Below, piece after piece: positions 48,841 to 61,000 of a DNA stretch of 64,000 nt. The notes under the pieces were generated by a model. The model saw only the letters and a list, made by a program, of their open reading frames with translations, ran no database searches and had not been told where the DNA came from. The stretch covers positions 1-64,000 of IMG/VR virus record IMGVR_UViG_3300030109_004479; one strand, 5' to 3'. The translations under genes and the position numbers were made by a program. Source of the DNA: an uncultured virus (IMG/VR IMGVR_UViG_3300030109_004479) (lineage: Duplodnaviria > Heunggongvirae > Uroviricota > Caudoviricetes). How positions within the stretch are numbered: the stretch's first letter is position 1; each line of letters opens with the position of its first letter.

Positions 48841-49320
48841 ATGCCGACTGTAGGAAAAAAGAAATTTAAATACGATGAAGAGGGTATGGCGGCTGCTGAG
48901 GCAGAAGCTGCTGACTCTGGACAAGAAATGAGTATGGTGGATAAAGTAGATGATACTTTGTCTGGTTTAGAAATGCCTGAGCAGGATATTGCTATGCCTG
49001 ATGAAATAGAACCCTCTGTAGATGAAATGGCTGAGGAGGAACCAGAAACAGACGTTCTTGATCAAGGTTTATTGATGCAATTATTTAGAATTGTTTACAG
49101 GCAAGACTATGATCCAAACAATCAAAAGCACCAGTCTCAGTTATCTGTAATAGAGAGCACTCTGGATCAAAACCCAGAAATGGCTAGCAGGTTGAAAGAT
49201 GGTGAAATGTCTATGACTGACTTTGCATTGCGTGTATATAAGGGAATGGTTCCTTCTGAAGAAGCTACAATGACGGCTCCTGCTGTTACGCCTGAAGCAG
49301 GTAATTCTTATATGGCTTAA
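48841..49320 (+). CDS. Acidic, Met-rich hypothetical protein
   Basis: ORF starting MPTVGKKKFKYDEEG, a motif recognised from aquatic phage small proteins. Confidence 0.65.
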   Translation: MPTVGKKKFKYDEEGMAAAEAEAADSGQEMSMVDKVDDTLSGLEMPEQDIAMPDEIEPSVDEMAEEEPETDVLDQGLLMQLFRIVYRQDYDPNNQKHQSQLSVIESTLDQNPEMASRLKDGEMSMTDFALRVYKGMVPSEEATMTAPAVTPEAGNSYMA

Positions 49321-49321
49321 T

Positions 49322-49870
49322 ATGGCACTTACCTCTTTAAACTTAGTTCAGCAATTATCTGCTAACCTTACCTCAACAGGGATTAGGGGGAATATTCCAC
49401 TCGGTGGTACGAACACAACCGTGCTTAGTTCGGACGATGCCGATTACATGTATGAGTTTACTATAGAAGCAGCCGCTAATGGTAATGTAACAACATGGAA
49501 CTTAGCTACAAATCAGTTAACAAATACCACTGGGAATGCTTACATAAATCAACCTTCAGGAGCTATTGCACGGGATGCTAATGGGGATGAAGTGCATCTT
49601 CCTGATGGTCAAAGTCCATCTGTAGATGATAAGATTGTAGCCATATATTATGAAACTGAAGCAACTAATACAGGAAACATTGCGATTGCTGCTTCAAACC
49701 CTGTTTATGGCACAGTTACTTTTAACTCAGGAGTAGGGACTACTGTAGGAGTTAGAGTTCCAAGATCCGCTTTATTTATTCCAAGATGGGAGGCTTCTTC
49801 TGGCACAGTTACTTTTACGTTTAGTGCATCTGGAGATAAACTACACGGAATTTTCTTAGGCAAGACATAA
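49322..49870 (+). CDS. Putative virion structural protein
   Basis: T/N/G-rich beta composition, located in the tail block. Confidence 0.55.
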   Translation: MALTSLNLVQQLSANLTSTGIRGNIPLGGTNTTVLSSDDADYMYEFTIEAAANGNVTTWNLATNQLTNTTGNAYINQPSGAIARDANGDEVHLPDGQSPSVDDKIVAIYYETEATNTGNIAIAASNPVYGTVTFNSGVGTTVGVRVPRSALFIPRWEASSGTVTFTFSASGDKLHGIFLGKT

Positions 49871-49873
49871 TAA

Positions 49874-51355
49874 ATGGCAACATCCCCGAACAGAAGACAA
49901 CGGGTATTTGAGTTCGCAACTCCAAAGGTAGCGGATTTAGTTGTTGTCGAAGTGGTTGACGTTAGCAGAAAAGCGGGGTCTGCCGAAACTATAAGTGATA
50001 GTGCTTATGGGTCTAATCATCCTAACACAGATAAGTTTCCTGACTTTAAATTAGCTTTAATTAAAAATGCTGATGAAGATCAAGGCCAGTTTCAATACTG
50101 GTATTATGTAAAAGACAGGGCTAGTCAAGACGACTATAACTGGGAGTTCCAAGCTGCGGGAGGCTCTAATCCTTTGTATGATACTGTGGTCAGAACGTAT
50201 GTAACTCTTCGTAGTAGCTACGAAACCAACTCTCCTAAAATAGGTTACAATACATCCGTTGATACCGAAGCTTTATTAAACTTAGGTCAGAAGAAAGATA
50301 ATAATACTTACATGCCTTCGGGCGATACAGACTTAACTCCCTTTTCAGGAACCGTCTTGGCAGGTACAGACTCTAGTGGAGCGGCTATTCTAGCAACTAG
50401 AACAAATGGAGTTAAATTTGACACTGATTATATTTTATTTGAAAGAAGACAAGTTCGTTCAGGAGATGAGACTTTGGATTCTTTATATGTTGTAGAGCAG
50501 CGGGTATTTATAAAAAAGATCCCTATTCGTGGAACGGACGTAGACGCAGAGTTTAATTTTGCTCTTCGCTCTAAACAAACAATTTTTCATAAAGACGAGC
50601 TACCTGTAAAAACTACAGTGTTTAAGGAATCAGACACAACAGTACCTACAGACCCTTCTAAGAACACTTCTCAAGTTTTTGCTTTAGGGAACGCAGCTAC
50701 TGCTCAGGGCCCTATTCCTTTTTTTGGATCTAAGTTAATAGATGGTGAGGGGTCTAATAAATTTGGTATTCTTTGTGAAGGTAGACAGTTGTCAGATAAT
50801 TGGTATTCTATTTCTGAAAAAGAAGTTGTTAAGACAGATACTAATAACTTAGTTCGATCTTATACTACATATCAAAATTATACGTGGCCAGCTGTTCTTG
50901 ATCGAATTGCAGATGAAAACTGGACACGGAATGACGGGGGTACCGACACCATAGTTTATCCTATCTATAAAAGAGGTGCCTATAGTGGCCCTACTAAAGT
51001 ATTAGTTCAATTGTATTGGACAGACTCTGATACTGGTTTTCCTACATCTACTTCTCAAGACGGAGGGCACACTCATATAGGAACAATAAATCCAATGCTT
51101 CCTGAGCCTTTAGTATTTCAGACTCCCATAGCAACGGTAAACGTACCTCCTACTTTACATAACCAAATTTTGGTTACAGCTACAACAGGAAGCAACCACC
51201 CTGTATACAATTATATAGGAACTCGCTGGCTGTTTTTAAAGACAAATCATGTAGATTGGCCTGACACTATTATAATAGCGGATTCACAGAGACCTTATAG
51301 AGGAGGTTTTTTGAGGGAAAAGATAACTGCATATAAACCTGTAGCTTCTACATAA
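49874..51355 (+). CDS. Putative tail protein
   Basis: 493 aa, beta-rich, located in the tail block. Confidence 0.5.
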   Translation: MATSPNRRQRVFEFATPKVADLVVVEVVDVSRKAGSAETISDSAYGSNHPNTDKFPDFKLALIKNADEDQGQFQYWYYVKDRASQDDYNWEFQAAGGSNPLYDTVVRTYVTLRSSYETNSPKIGYNTSVDTEALLNLGQKKDNNTYMPSGDTDLTPFSGTVLAGTDSSGAAILATRTNGVKFDTDYILFERRQVRSGDETLDSLYVVEQRVFIKKIPIRGTDVDAEFNFALRSKQTIFHKDELPVKTTVFKESDTTVPTDPSKNTSQVFALGNAATAQGPIPFFGSKLIDGEGSNKFGILCEGRQLSDNWYSISEKEVVKTDTNNLVRSYTTYQNYTWPAVLDRIADENWTRNDGGTDTIVYPIYKRGAYSGPTKVLVQLYWTDSDTGFPTSTSQDGGHTHIGTINPMLPEPLVFQTPIATVNVPPTLHNQILVTATTGSNHPVYNYIGTRWLFLKTNHVDWPDTIIIADSQRPYRGGFLREKITAYKPVAST

Positions 51356-51356
51356 C

Positions 51357-52412
51357 ATGGCTGATATTGATGCTAGTGGTAGAGGAGATGTAAAAGAATC
51401 TGCTGGGTCAAGCCTAACAGAACTTAATTTAGTTGATAACCCCTACGGTGAGTTTCAACACAATATATTTGATGCAAACTACGAACATTCTCCGTACACC
51501 TCTTTTAATGGTTCGGGGGCCTCTAGTGGTTCAGGTTCTGGGTTAGGGAGTATAACTCCTGTACATCCTTTTAAATTAGAAAGATTTGTAGATTCTTCAG
51601 GGAGCCCTAGGACTCGTTTATATAAAGGTTATTTACGATATTGTATTAATACTTTTAAAACAATAATTCAAAGTGATACTAAAACGACTACTGCTTATAG
51701 CACTTCTGCAAATGGTTCAGATGCTAATTCAAAAACACACACTGAAAGTGCTCATACCCACAGTCTTACTGACTATACTGGAAGTGTTTATTCTTCTGGT
51801 GGATCATACTCCGACACCCCCCACCAACATAATTTAGGAGGTAGTACTGAAGGAGTTGATTCTCCAACTGATGGGCATTTTCACAAGATTCCCGATTTAG
51901 TACCTTCAACCTCAACAGTAGATAAGTTTGTGTGTGTTCATGGGCAGACGGAAGGGCAAGGAATTTTAAGAGATGTGTCGGCAAACGGTTTTGGTGAAAT
52001 TACAAATGATTTAGGGGAAGGCACGGGGGTTTATGCTATGGACTTACCTGTTGGAGATACATTTGGTTCTATTTTTTTAAAATGGAAAATAGTTTTATCT
52101 GATACGGTTGATCTTTCTGGGGTTACTATAAGTGCTGCTGATGTAACAATTCACAGAGATGCTGCTGTAACTAAAGAAGCTCACGAACTTTCAGACGATG
52201 ACCAACTTCCTAAATTAGAATCAGACAACGAAGGAGCTAGTATGACTAATTTTGATAGAGGAGGTGAGTCTGAAGATGACAGGACGGCTTACTTTTATGT
52301 AAAAATAGGCGAGTCCTACCCTGCTGCGGAAGGCTCCCTTAAATCTATTGTGCAAATAACTTACGATAATATTAACTGGACTCCTTTACTAATATCAAGA
52401 GCGAGTACATAA
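51357..52412 (+). CDS. Putative tail spike/needle protein with HxH motifs
   Basis: HPFK motif; AHTH, PHQH and GHFH in a G/S/T-rich segment. Confidence 0.5.
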   Translation: MADIDASGRGDVKESAGSSLTELNLVDNPYGEFQHNIFDANYEHSPYTSFNGSGASSGSGSGLGSITPVHPFKLERFVDSSGSPRTRLYKGYLRYCINTFKTIIQSDTKTTTAYSTSANGSDANSKTHTESAHTHSLTDYTGSVYSSGGSYSDTPHQHNLGGSTEGVDSPTDGHFHKIPDLVPSTSTVDKFVCVHGQTEGQGILRDVSANGFGEITNDLGEGTGVYAMDLPVGDTFGSIFLKWKIVLSDTVDLSGVTISAADVTIHRDAAVTKEAHELSDDDQLPKLESDNEGASMTNFDRGGESEDDRTAYFYVKIGESYPAAEGSLKSIVQITYDNINWTPLLISRAST

Positions 52413-52421
52413 TGGGGCTGC

Positions 52422-53117
52422 ATGGTAGACCCTAAGTATATAAAGCTTAGTTATTGGTTTGATCGCATCTATGTTATTAATAGACCTGACAGACCTGTTC
52501 GATTAGCTAGATTTTTTAAACATATAGAAGAACTCGGATTAGCAGAAAGGCATGAAGTTATAGTATACCCAGCAATTATGGGGAATAAAACAACGTGCCC
52601 TCCTTATTTTTTAGCGGGAGCTGGAGCGTGGGGGTGCTTAAAATCCCATAGCAATATAATAGAAAATGCTATTATGGAGGTAGAAATTAAAGGAGAGACA
52701 CACGGAATAGATAGTATTCTTATACTAGAAGATGATGTGCAGTTTATTGATAACCCTTACCAATTGATATTTAATTTTTTGTCTAATATCCCTAAAGATT
52801 GGGATCAATTATATTTGGGAGGCCAACATAGAATGAAACCGATAGCTACTGAAAACTCGGAAATTAAAAGGGTTATAAGTACTAATAGGACGCATGCTTA
52901 TGCTTTAAACAGTAAAATTTATAAAAAAGTATATGCACATATTAATAATGCTACTGACTATATAGGCAAAAAAGATTATCATGTAGATGGTCAGTTAGAA
53001 GAAGCCCACAGAAAACAGGCATGGAACGTGTATTGCCCTCCTAAATGGCTAGCTGGGCAATGTGCTAATATAAGTGATGTAAGTAACACGGAAATCCCCT
53101 ATAAAATATGGGACTAG
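52422..53117 (+). CDS. Glycosyltransferase family 25
   Basis: IYVINR.DR..R, GAWGCLKSH, ILILEDD, WDQLYLGG, THAYAL. Confidence 0.85.
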   Translation: MVDPKYIKLSYWFDRIYVINRPDRPVRLARFFKHIEELGLAERHEVIVYPAIMGNKTTCPPYFLAGAGAWGCLKSHSNIIENAIMEVEIKGETHGIDSILILEDDVQFIDNPYQLIFNFLSNIPKDWDQLYLGGQHRMKPIATENSEIKRVISTNRTHAYALNSKIYKKVYAHINNATDYIGKKDYHVDGQLEEAHRKQAWNVYCPPKWLAGQCANISDVSNTEIPYKIWD

Positions 53118-53125
53118 TTGACAGC

Positions 53126-53153
53126 TTGAATTAAGCACAATTTCTCTTATATT
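53126..53153 (+). promoter_or_regulatory. Sigma70-like promoter
   Basis: TTGAAT-N16-TATATT, 9 nt before GTG 53163. Confidence 0.55.
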
Positions 53154-53162
53154 TAGTATATT

Positions 53163-54218
53163 GTGCCAGCATTAACTACCCAGCAATTAGAGACTACTCA
53201 TAAAAAGTATTTAGATGCATCTAATGCTTCCCCTTCTGATTTTTGGGAAGCCTTAAATGAAATAATGCCCAGAATATATAAAATGGGCTACTGGCGGGAA
53301 ATGCTTTTAGAGCATTCCCAAAGTGCTAAAGATGAATACATATCACTGCCTCCAGAAACCGATTCATTAGTAGCGGGTATATTAGATAATAACCCGTTAC
53401 CTACAAGATCCTTATGGCACGACTATAAAATTTTTGGTACTAATGATCGGGATGACACCCTTTTAAGTTCTTTTATTGATGATGGGTATGCTCCAACGTA
53501 CAGGGATTTAGTATCAGGCAGCCAGTATAAAATAAAATATTCTTCTTTAAAAGGCCCTTTTAACACTAGACCTGAATTAGGAAAAATAAACATTAGGTTT
53601 AGGCAACACAGCGATGCAACAAATCACCACGGTGTAATTCATCCAGAAACAAAACTAGAGTTATCTTCTTATACAGAAGTTACTCATGATTTTAAAGCTT
53701 CTTTTTCGACAGGAGACGCTGCTGGATTTGAACTTGATTTAGTAGCAGATACCGATGTTACGGACATAGTGTCTATTACTTGGTCTGATATGGAATCGGA
53801 TCATCCTATAATTGTTGTTGCGGAATATCAAGGAGTAGCTGGAGAAAGCATAACTACAGATAGTACAAAAGATTTAATGCTTGCAGAAATTAATTCAAGA
53901 AATGGAGTATCAAGGTACAGAAGATTTAGGGTAGGAGGCACAAACGATACCTCAACAGCACATTTACTTTTGAAAAGAAGATGGATAGATTGCGACAGTG
54001 CTCATGATCTAATTCACATCCCATCTAATGCAATTATAAAACACGCTCTTTTAGGTAAACTGGGAGAAGATAACGGAGATGCCCAAAGAGCAGAGTATCA
54101 TTGGGGCTTAGTAACCCAACTTTTAGAATCAGACACTGACTCTTATAGGGGGACTGCTAAACCCACTTTAAACATAGCCCCTAATGGCGTAGGTGGTGGT
54201 ATGTTAGGGATGTATTAA
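53163..54218 (+). CDS. Putative head-tail adaptor/tail tubular protein
   Basis: Helical N- and C-termini around a beta core (…YISLPPE…), as in podovirus adaptors; precedes the fibres. Confidence 0.5.
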   Translation: MPALTTQQLETTHKKYLDASNASPSDFWEALNEIMPRIYKMGYWREMLLEHSQSAKDEYISLPPETDSLVAGILDNNPLPTRSLWHDYKIFGTNDRDDTLLSSFIDDGYAPTYRDLVSGSQYKIKYSSLKGPFNTRPELGKINIRFRQHSDATNHHGVIHPETKLELSSYTEVTHDFKASFSTGDAAGFELDLVADTDVTDIVSITWSDMESDHPIIVVAEYQGVAGESITTDSTKDLMLAEINSRNGVSRYRRFRVGGTNDTSTAHLLLKRRWIDCDSAHDLIHIPSNAIIKHALLGKLGEDNGDAQRAEYHWGLVTQLLESDTDSYRGTAKPTLNIAPNGVGGGMLGMY

Positions 54219-54245
54219 CAATTTAACAATAAAACAAATTATATT

Positions 54246-54527
54246 ATGGCTGAAAACAGAACATTAAAAGGAATATATGGAGAAGCAGGAGCTACTATGC
54301 GTAGCGGGACTGAGTCAATCGAAAAAGATATATGCGCAATTCTCGTTATTGAGGCTGCCGTCTTAGATGCTACGGGAACTATTTGGGCTGAACTTACTGA
54401 TACTGGTGTGGGAGCAAAAGCCCTAAAGGGGGGTGTTACTCTTCCTGCGGGAATTACTATCTACGGACAGTTTTCCAAAGTCACCTTGGATAGTGGCACA
54501 GTTCTTTGCTATCACGCTTCTAAGTAA
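54246..54527 (+). CDS. Small virion-associated protein
   Basis: TLPAGITIYGQFSKVTLDSGTVLCY motif recognised from aquatic phages. Confidence 0.6.
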   Translation: MAENRTLKGIYGEAGATMRSGTESIEKDICAILVIEAAVLDATGTIWAELTDTGVGAKALKGGVTLPAGITIYGQFSKVTLDSGTVLCYHASK

Positions 54528-54529
54528 TC

Positions 54530-55003
54530 ATGGCTAACATAGAGATTAAGAGGGGTCAGCAGACTCAAGTAGATATAAAGTATATCCCTTCGGGGGAGAC
54601 ATATACTAAAAACTTTTTTAATGCTACGACTCTTGGTTCTGCTCCTAAAAAATTTAGGCATAAAGCTTCATTAGTTCTTAGGAGGAAAACAAATAATTCT
54701 GTTCAGGGAGAGGTTGTAGATACTTTAACTACGACAGACACAGCAGCGTCAGCTTCTACCTCATCTTTACAATCAACATCGGGGAGGATTAGATTTCCTA
54801 ACGTAGGGGCTTCTAATACAGCTAACGCAAATATCACATTGCACTTTGATACCGCAGCTTCTGATGCGCTCCCTAACGAAAAAATTACTATTTTTGGCGA
54901 TTTAAAAATTACTGATGTTGCTCCTGACGGTAGCGAAGCAACTACTGATGAAGTTATTAACTCTTTCCGATTAACTTTTGATATAATACCAGAAATTATC
55001 TAA
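54530..55003 (+). CDS. Putative fibre adaptor (BppU N-terminal-like)
   Basis: IEIKRG...GDLKIT...FDIIPEI pattern; directly upstream of the long fibre. Confidence 0.45.
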   Translation: MANIEIKRGQQTQVDIKYIPSGETYTKNFFNATTLGSAPKKFRHKASLVLRRKTNNSVQGEVVDTLTTTDTAASASTSSLQSTSGRIRFPNVGASNTANANITLHFDTAASDALPNEKITIFGDLKITDVAPDGSEATTDEVINSFRLTFDIIPEII

Positions 55004-58000
55004 TGGCAAATGAAGAAGCTACTGTTTCACAGACGGTCAATACGGTTACCGTTACACCACCCGCAGCAAGCACATTAAGTGTAACTTCTGCGACAGGGGG
55101 TACTTTAACATCTCCTGAAAGCACATCTAGCTTAGTTGCGGTAACAGTTGCTCCATCTACAGCAAGTTTAACAATAGAGAGCAAATTAGCCCCTAAAGAT
55201 AGCCCAATATTTACAGGCACTCCTACAGCACCGACAGCTTCTGCGGGAACTAATACGACTCAGATAGCGACTACTGCGTTTGTTAATAGTGCAATTACGC
55301 TAGAGAATACTCTAGCTGAGATGGATGATGTTAACTTCACATCTCTGGGAGATAATGAGATCATACAATATGATACCTTCTCTTCTAAATGGTTAAACCA
55401 AACTTTGTCTGAAGCAGGTATTGCTTCGACATCATCTTTATCTGCACACACCAGTGCAACGAATAATCCTCATAGTGTCACCGCTACTCAAGTCAACTTA
55501 GGAAATGTTACTAATGAGTCTAAGGGCACGATGTTTACGAGTCCTACATTTACAGGGACTCCGCTTGCACCTACTGCATCAGCAGCGACTAACAGTACAC
55601 AGATAGCAACAACTGCTTATGTTACTACTGCGGTTAGTAACCTAATAGACTCAGCCCCTGCTGCACTCGATACGCTTAATGAGTTAGCAGCAGCTTTGAA
55701 TGACGATGCTTCGTTCTCGACAACAGTAACTAATTCGATAGCTTTAAAAGCACCTTTAGCAAGCCCTGCTCTTACAGGAACACCTACAGCACCTACAGCT
55801 AACGCAGGTACAGACACTACACAGATAGCAACGACAGCTTTTGTAAATGCTGCGGTAGCTTTAGAGAACACTTTAGCTGAGATGGATGACGTTACGTTGG
55901 CATCTTTAGCTGACAATGAATTACTACAATACAATTCTTCTAATAGTAAATGGGAGAATAAAACGATATCAGAAGTAGGGTTAGCTTTAGCCTCTGATTT
56001 AAGCACACACATTGGGGCTACTAACCCACATAATATTACTTTATCTGGTCTTGGAGGACTCCCCCTCGCAGGTGGCACGATGACTGGCAGCATCGTCTTG
56101 AATGATGATGTTAAAGCTATTTTTGGAACTAGCTCCGATGGTCTTGAGATTTATCACGATGGAAGTAATTCAATAATTAAAGATTCAGGCACAGGAGTTT
56201 TAAATATACAAGGATCTACTCAGGTTAATATCGGGGGAGTTAATGGGCAAAATGGTGTTCAGTACATCGAAGGAGGTGCTGTAAGGTTGCGTCATAACAA
56301 TGTTGTAAAACTAGATACAACATCTACTGGTGTAACAATAACTGGAGAGTTGGTAGCTACCTCTTTAGACATATCTAACGATGTTGATATTGATGGTACG
56401 ACAAACTTAGATGCCGTTGATATTGATGGCAACGTACAACTGGATGGAACTCTCACTGTTGGAGTAGACGATACAGGCTACGATGTTAAATTCTTCGGAG
56501 CTACTTCTGGCAGATATCTTCTTTGGGACGAGAGTGCAGACGCTTTAAGGCTAACTGACTGGACTCCATTATATCTTGGGGCAGGTAACGATCTTCAGTT
56601 ATATCACGACGGTACTAATAGTAATATAATTAATACCAATGGAGATCTTACTATTCAGAACTCCGCAGATGATAAGGATATTATCTTCCAATGCGACGAT
56701 GGTAGTGGAGGTATAGAAACCTATTTCTATTTGGATGGTTCAGCTTCTTCAGGAAATCCGATTACTAGATTTCCTGACGATAGTCGATTAACCTTTGGAA
56801 ACAGTGGTGATTTAAAAATTTACCACAATGGAACTGACTCATACATTTCTAACAATACAGGCAGTTTAATTATTGGTGCTTTTGGTGATGATAAAGACAT
56901 TATATTTAAATCTGATGATGGCAGTGGAGGCACAGAAGTTTATTTCCGTTTAGACGGCAGTCTTTCATCAGGAAACCCATTTACTGTTTTCCCTGATAAT
57001 GCAAGATTAGCTTTAGGGACTAGTGCCGACATGACGGTTTTTCATAACGGCACAGATAATTATATTATTGGAAGCACTGGAGACATGTACGTCAGACAGA
57101 GTGCTAACGATAAAGATATAATTTTTGAGTGCGATGACGGAAGCGGTGGAGTAGAAACCTATTTCCGTTTAGATGGTTCTGCTTCAAGTGGTAACCCTAT
57201 CACAAATTTCCCAGATAATTCTTTTTTATCTTTTGGTTCAAGTCATGATTTTAGTATTTACCATGATTCGACTAATACATACATCGCTAATTCAACTAAC
57301 GATTTATACATTCAAAATAATGCTGACAATGCGGATATTATATTCAGGAGTGATGATGGCAGTGGTGGTGTAGCAGAATACTTCCGTTTAGACGGTGGTG
57401 ATGAAACAATTATTTTTTCAAAAACCCTTGATGTTACTGGAAGTCAAAATATAAAGCTAACTGACAATGGTAGACTTAGACTCGGAAACAGTAATGATAT
57501 AGACATATATCATGGGGGTGCTAATTCTTTTTTAATAAATAGCACGGGCGATTTAACTATCAGAAATGCTGCCGACGACAAAGATATTATATTCCAAGCA
57601 GATGACGGTAGTGGTGGAAATGAAACCTATTTTTATTTAGATGGTTCCCTAAATTCTGGCAATTATCCGATAACAGTTTTTCCAGATGATTCTTCTTTAT
57701 GTTTTGGCGACGGCAGAGATTTAGTTATAGCTCATAATGGAACTGACACCAATATTAATAATTATGTTGGGCATCTTAATATTATTAATAGAGCCGATGA
57801 TAAAGACATTGTTTTTTATTCCGATGATGGCAGTGGAGGCACAGAAGTTTATTTCCGTTTAGATGGCTCTTTTTCTGGAGGTGACCCATATACAGTATTC
57901 CCAGACAATTCAAATTTAGTTTTAGGTACAGGAGGTGATTTACATTTTAATCACGATGGTACTAACTCATCTATAAAAAATCATACAGGAGATCTTCAAT

Positions 58001-61000
58001 TTATTCAGTACGCTGACGACAAGATGATCCGTTTCTATAACGATAACGGAAGTGGCGGTACTATAGAATATCTTAGAGTTGATGGTTCAGAGGAAAGAAC
58101 AGTTTTTTCAAAAGATGCAAGGTTACTAGACGATGTTAAATTAAACTTTGGGGCAAGTTCAGATCTAAAGATCTACCACGACGGGAGTAATTCATACATT
58201 CGAGACGAAAGCGGAACAGGTGATTTAATAATCAGCACAAATGCGTTCAGATTAAAATCGGCAAATAATGGCGAGACTATGATGACTGCCTTTGAGGATG
58301 GGGCTACTAATTTGTACCATAATAATGTACAAAAGTTTGAGACAACCTCCACAGGCATAGCAATTACAGGAGGTATAACAACAACAGGAGCTTCTACTTT
58401 ATCCAGCACACTTACAGTTGGAGTGGATGACACAGGACACGACGTTAAATTTTTCGGGGCTACAAGCGGTTCCTATATGCTTTGGGATGAAAGCGCAGAC
58501 AAGTTAATTTTAAACGAAGCTTCTCTACAAATTGTAGACGCTACCCCTAATATTCAGCTATATGATTCTGACACAGCTAATCAATTCAATATAGATTTCA
58601 ATGGTGCTGACGTTACGTTTAAAGCTGCTACACCCGATGGAGATATTCTTTTCCAAGCTGACGACAATAGTGGTGGGTTAGAAACCTACCTTTACTTTGA
58701 CGGAGGTAATAATAATATAAAGTTTTTAAAAGACACTAATTGGGTAGATAATGAAAAAGCTTTATTTGGTACTGGCAGTGATTTAAGAATATTTCATGAT
58801 AGTGCTCACAGTTATATACAGAGCAACGGTACAGGTGACCTTTATATCCAGCAATATAATGATGACAAAGACATAGTCTTTCAAGCTGATAATGGGTCTG
58901 GGGGTTTAGATACTTATATGTTGTTGGATGGAAGTGCCACAAACATAAAAGTAGTCAAAGATTTAAATGTTAGCGATTCAGCAAAATTAACATTGGGCGA
59001 TGGTAGTGATCTAAAGATTTACCACGACGGGACTCATAGTTATATAGATAACAGTTCAACATTTCTTATTTTAGAAAGTGACAATATAATTTTAAGGAAC
59101 AACGCAGGAGACGAAGACTACGCCAAATTTTTAGGTGATGGAGCCGTTGAGTTATATCACAACGACGTAAAGAAATTCGAGACAACTGCTGCTGGGGCAA
59201 CTGTAACAGGAAACCTAACGGTATCAGCCGACCTCATTATCAATGGTACTACGACTACGGTTAACAGTACGACTGTCACGATTGACGATCCTGTATTCAC
59301 CCTTGGTGGTGACAGCGCACCTTCAAGTGATGACAACAAAGATAGGGGTATCGAGTTCCGTTATCACAATGGTTCTGCTGCTAAGATAGGTTTCTTTGGG
59401 TGGGACGATAGTGCTTCTGTATTTACCTTTATTGCTGATGCCTCGCCATTATCGGAAGTTTACAGTGGATCTGCTGGCAATGTGGCGTTTGGCAATATAG
59501 CAGGAACTTTAACCACAGCAGCCCAAGGCAATATCACTTCGTTAGGTACACTCACTACTCTTACTGTAGATGATATAACTATTAATGGTTCTACTATTTC
59601 TGACGGAGGTGCTTTTTCATTAGACGTTGGAGCCGATATAACATTCGATGCAGGTGGTGGTGATATCATATTAAGCGATGATGGTACAATAGTTGGTACT
59701 CTCAGCATGAATCAGAATGGTGGGGACTTTGAGATAAGGTCAAGAGTATCTGATAAAGATTTAGTATTTAAAGGTAATGATGGAGGTTCAGAGATTACTG
59801 CACTTACCATTGATATGTCAGCAGGTGGCGACATTGTCGCTGTAGATAATAAAAAGTTCAAGGGAACAACTTATTCAAGCTCTTACATAAAGTTTGAAGA
59901 TGATACAAAAGTAAGTGCAAATAGTGACATTATATTTGATGTTAATGGTTCTACGGAATTAATGCGTCTTGAAGAGGGAGGTAACGTAGGTATAGGCACT
60001 ACAAGCCCTGCAAGAACTTTATCAGTTGTAAGTGGTTCTGGAATTGTTTCTACATTCACAAGCTCAACATCAGAAGCTAAAATATTTTATAAAGCTAGTG
60101 GTACATCAGGAGATTACCATGTGGGTACAGGAGCTAGTGGGGACAACTTAATACTACTCGCAGGGACTTCGGAAAGGATGCGGGTTACTTCTAGTGGTAG
60201 CGTGGGTATAGGAACTACAAGCCCAGATGAAAAACTTCATGTATTAGGAGATATATTAATAGATGCTGGAAGCGTTAACACTAATACTGGAGAACTAGCA
60301 TTTACAACCCAATACAATACAGCATTTATAAAATCAAGTTACACTGATCCCGCAAACATTACAGAAACCTATTTGGCTTTCCATGCGAATACATCGGGGG
60401 CTGCTAATGGAACTGTAGCAGAGCAAATGAGAATAGCTGGCAGTAAAGTAGGTATAGGTACAACCTCTCCACTTTCAAGACTCGATGTACGAGGAACAGT
60501 TCAAGTAGGTGTCGATGACACAGGACACGATGTAAAATTCTATGGTGCTACGAGTGGTTCCTATATGCAATGGGATGAGAGTGCCGATAAACTGATTTTA
60601 ACTGAAAGCTCTTTGCAGGTTATTGCAGGGACTCCTAACATTCAGCTATATGACTCCAGTTCAACAGGTACTTTTGATATTACTCTGGACGGGGTTAACA
60701 CCACTTTAAAGAATGGAGGGACTGACGGAGATTTAATTTTCAGTTCCGATAATGGTAGTGGGGGAGAGGAAACCTATTTCTTTTTAGATGGGTCATTGAA
60801 TACTGACTCGACTCCAAAAACAGTATTCCCTGACCACTCTAAGTTACTTTTCGGTTCAGGTAATTTTGATCTTAGGATTTATCATGATGCCACAGATTCT
60901 AGAATTGAAAACAATACTGGCGATTTATACATTATAAATTATACAGATGACAAGGATATTATATTCCAATCTGACGATGGGAGCGGTGGAATAGAAACCT

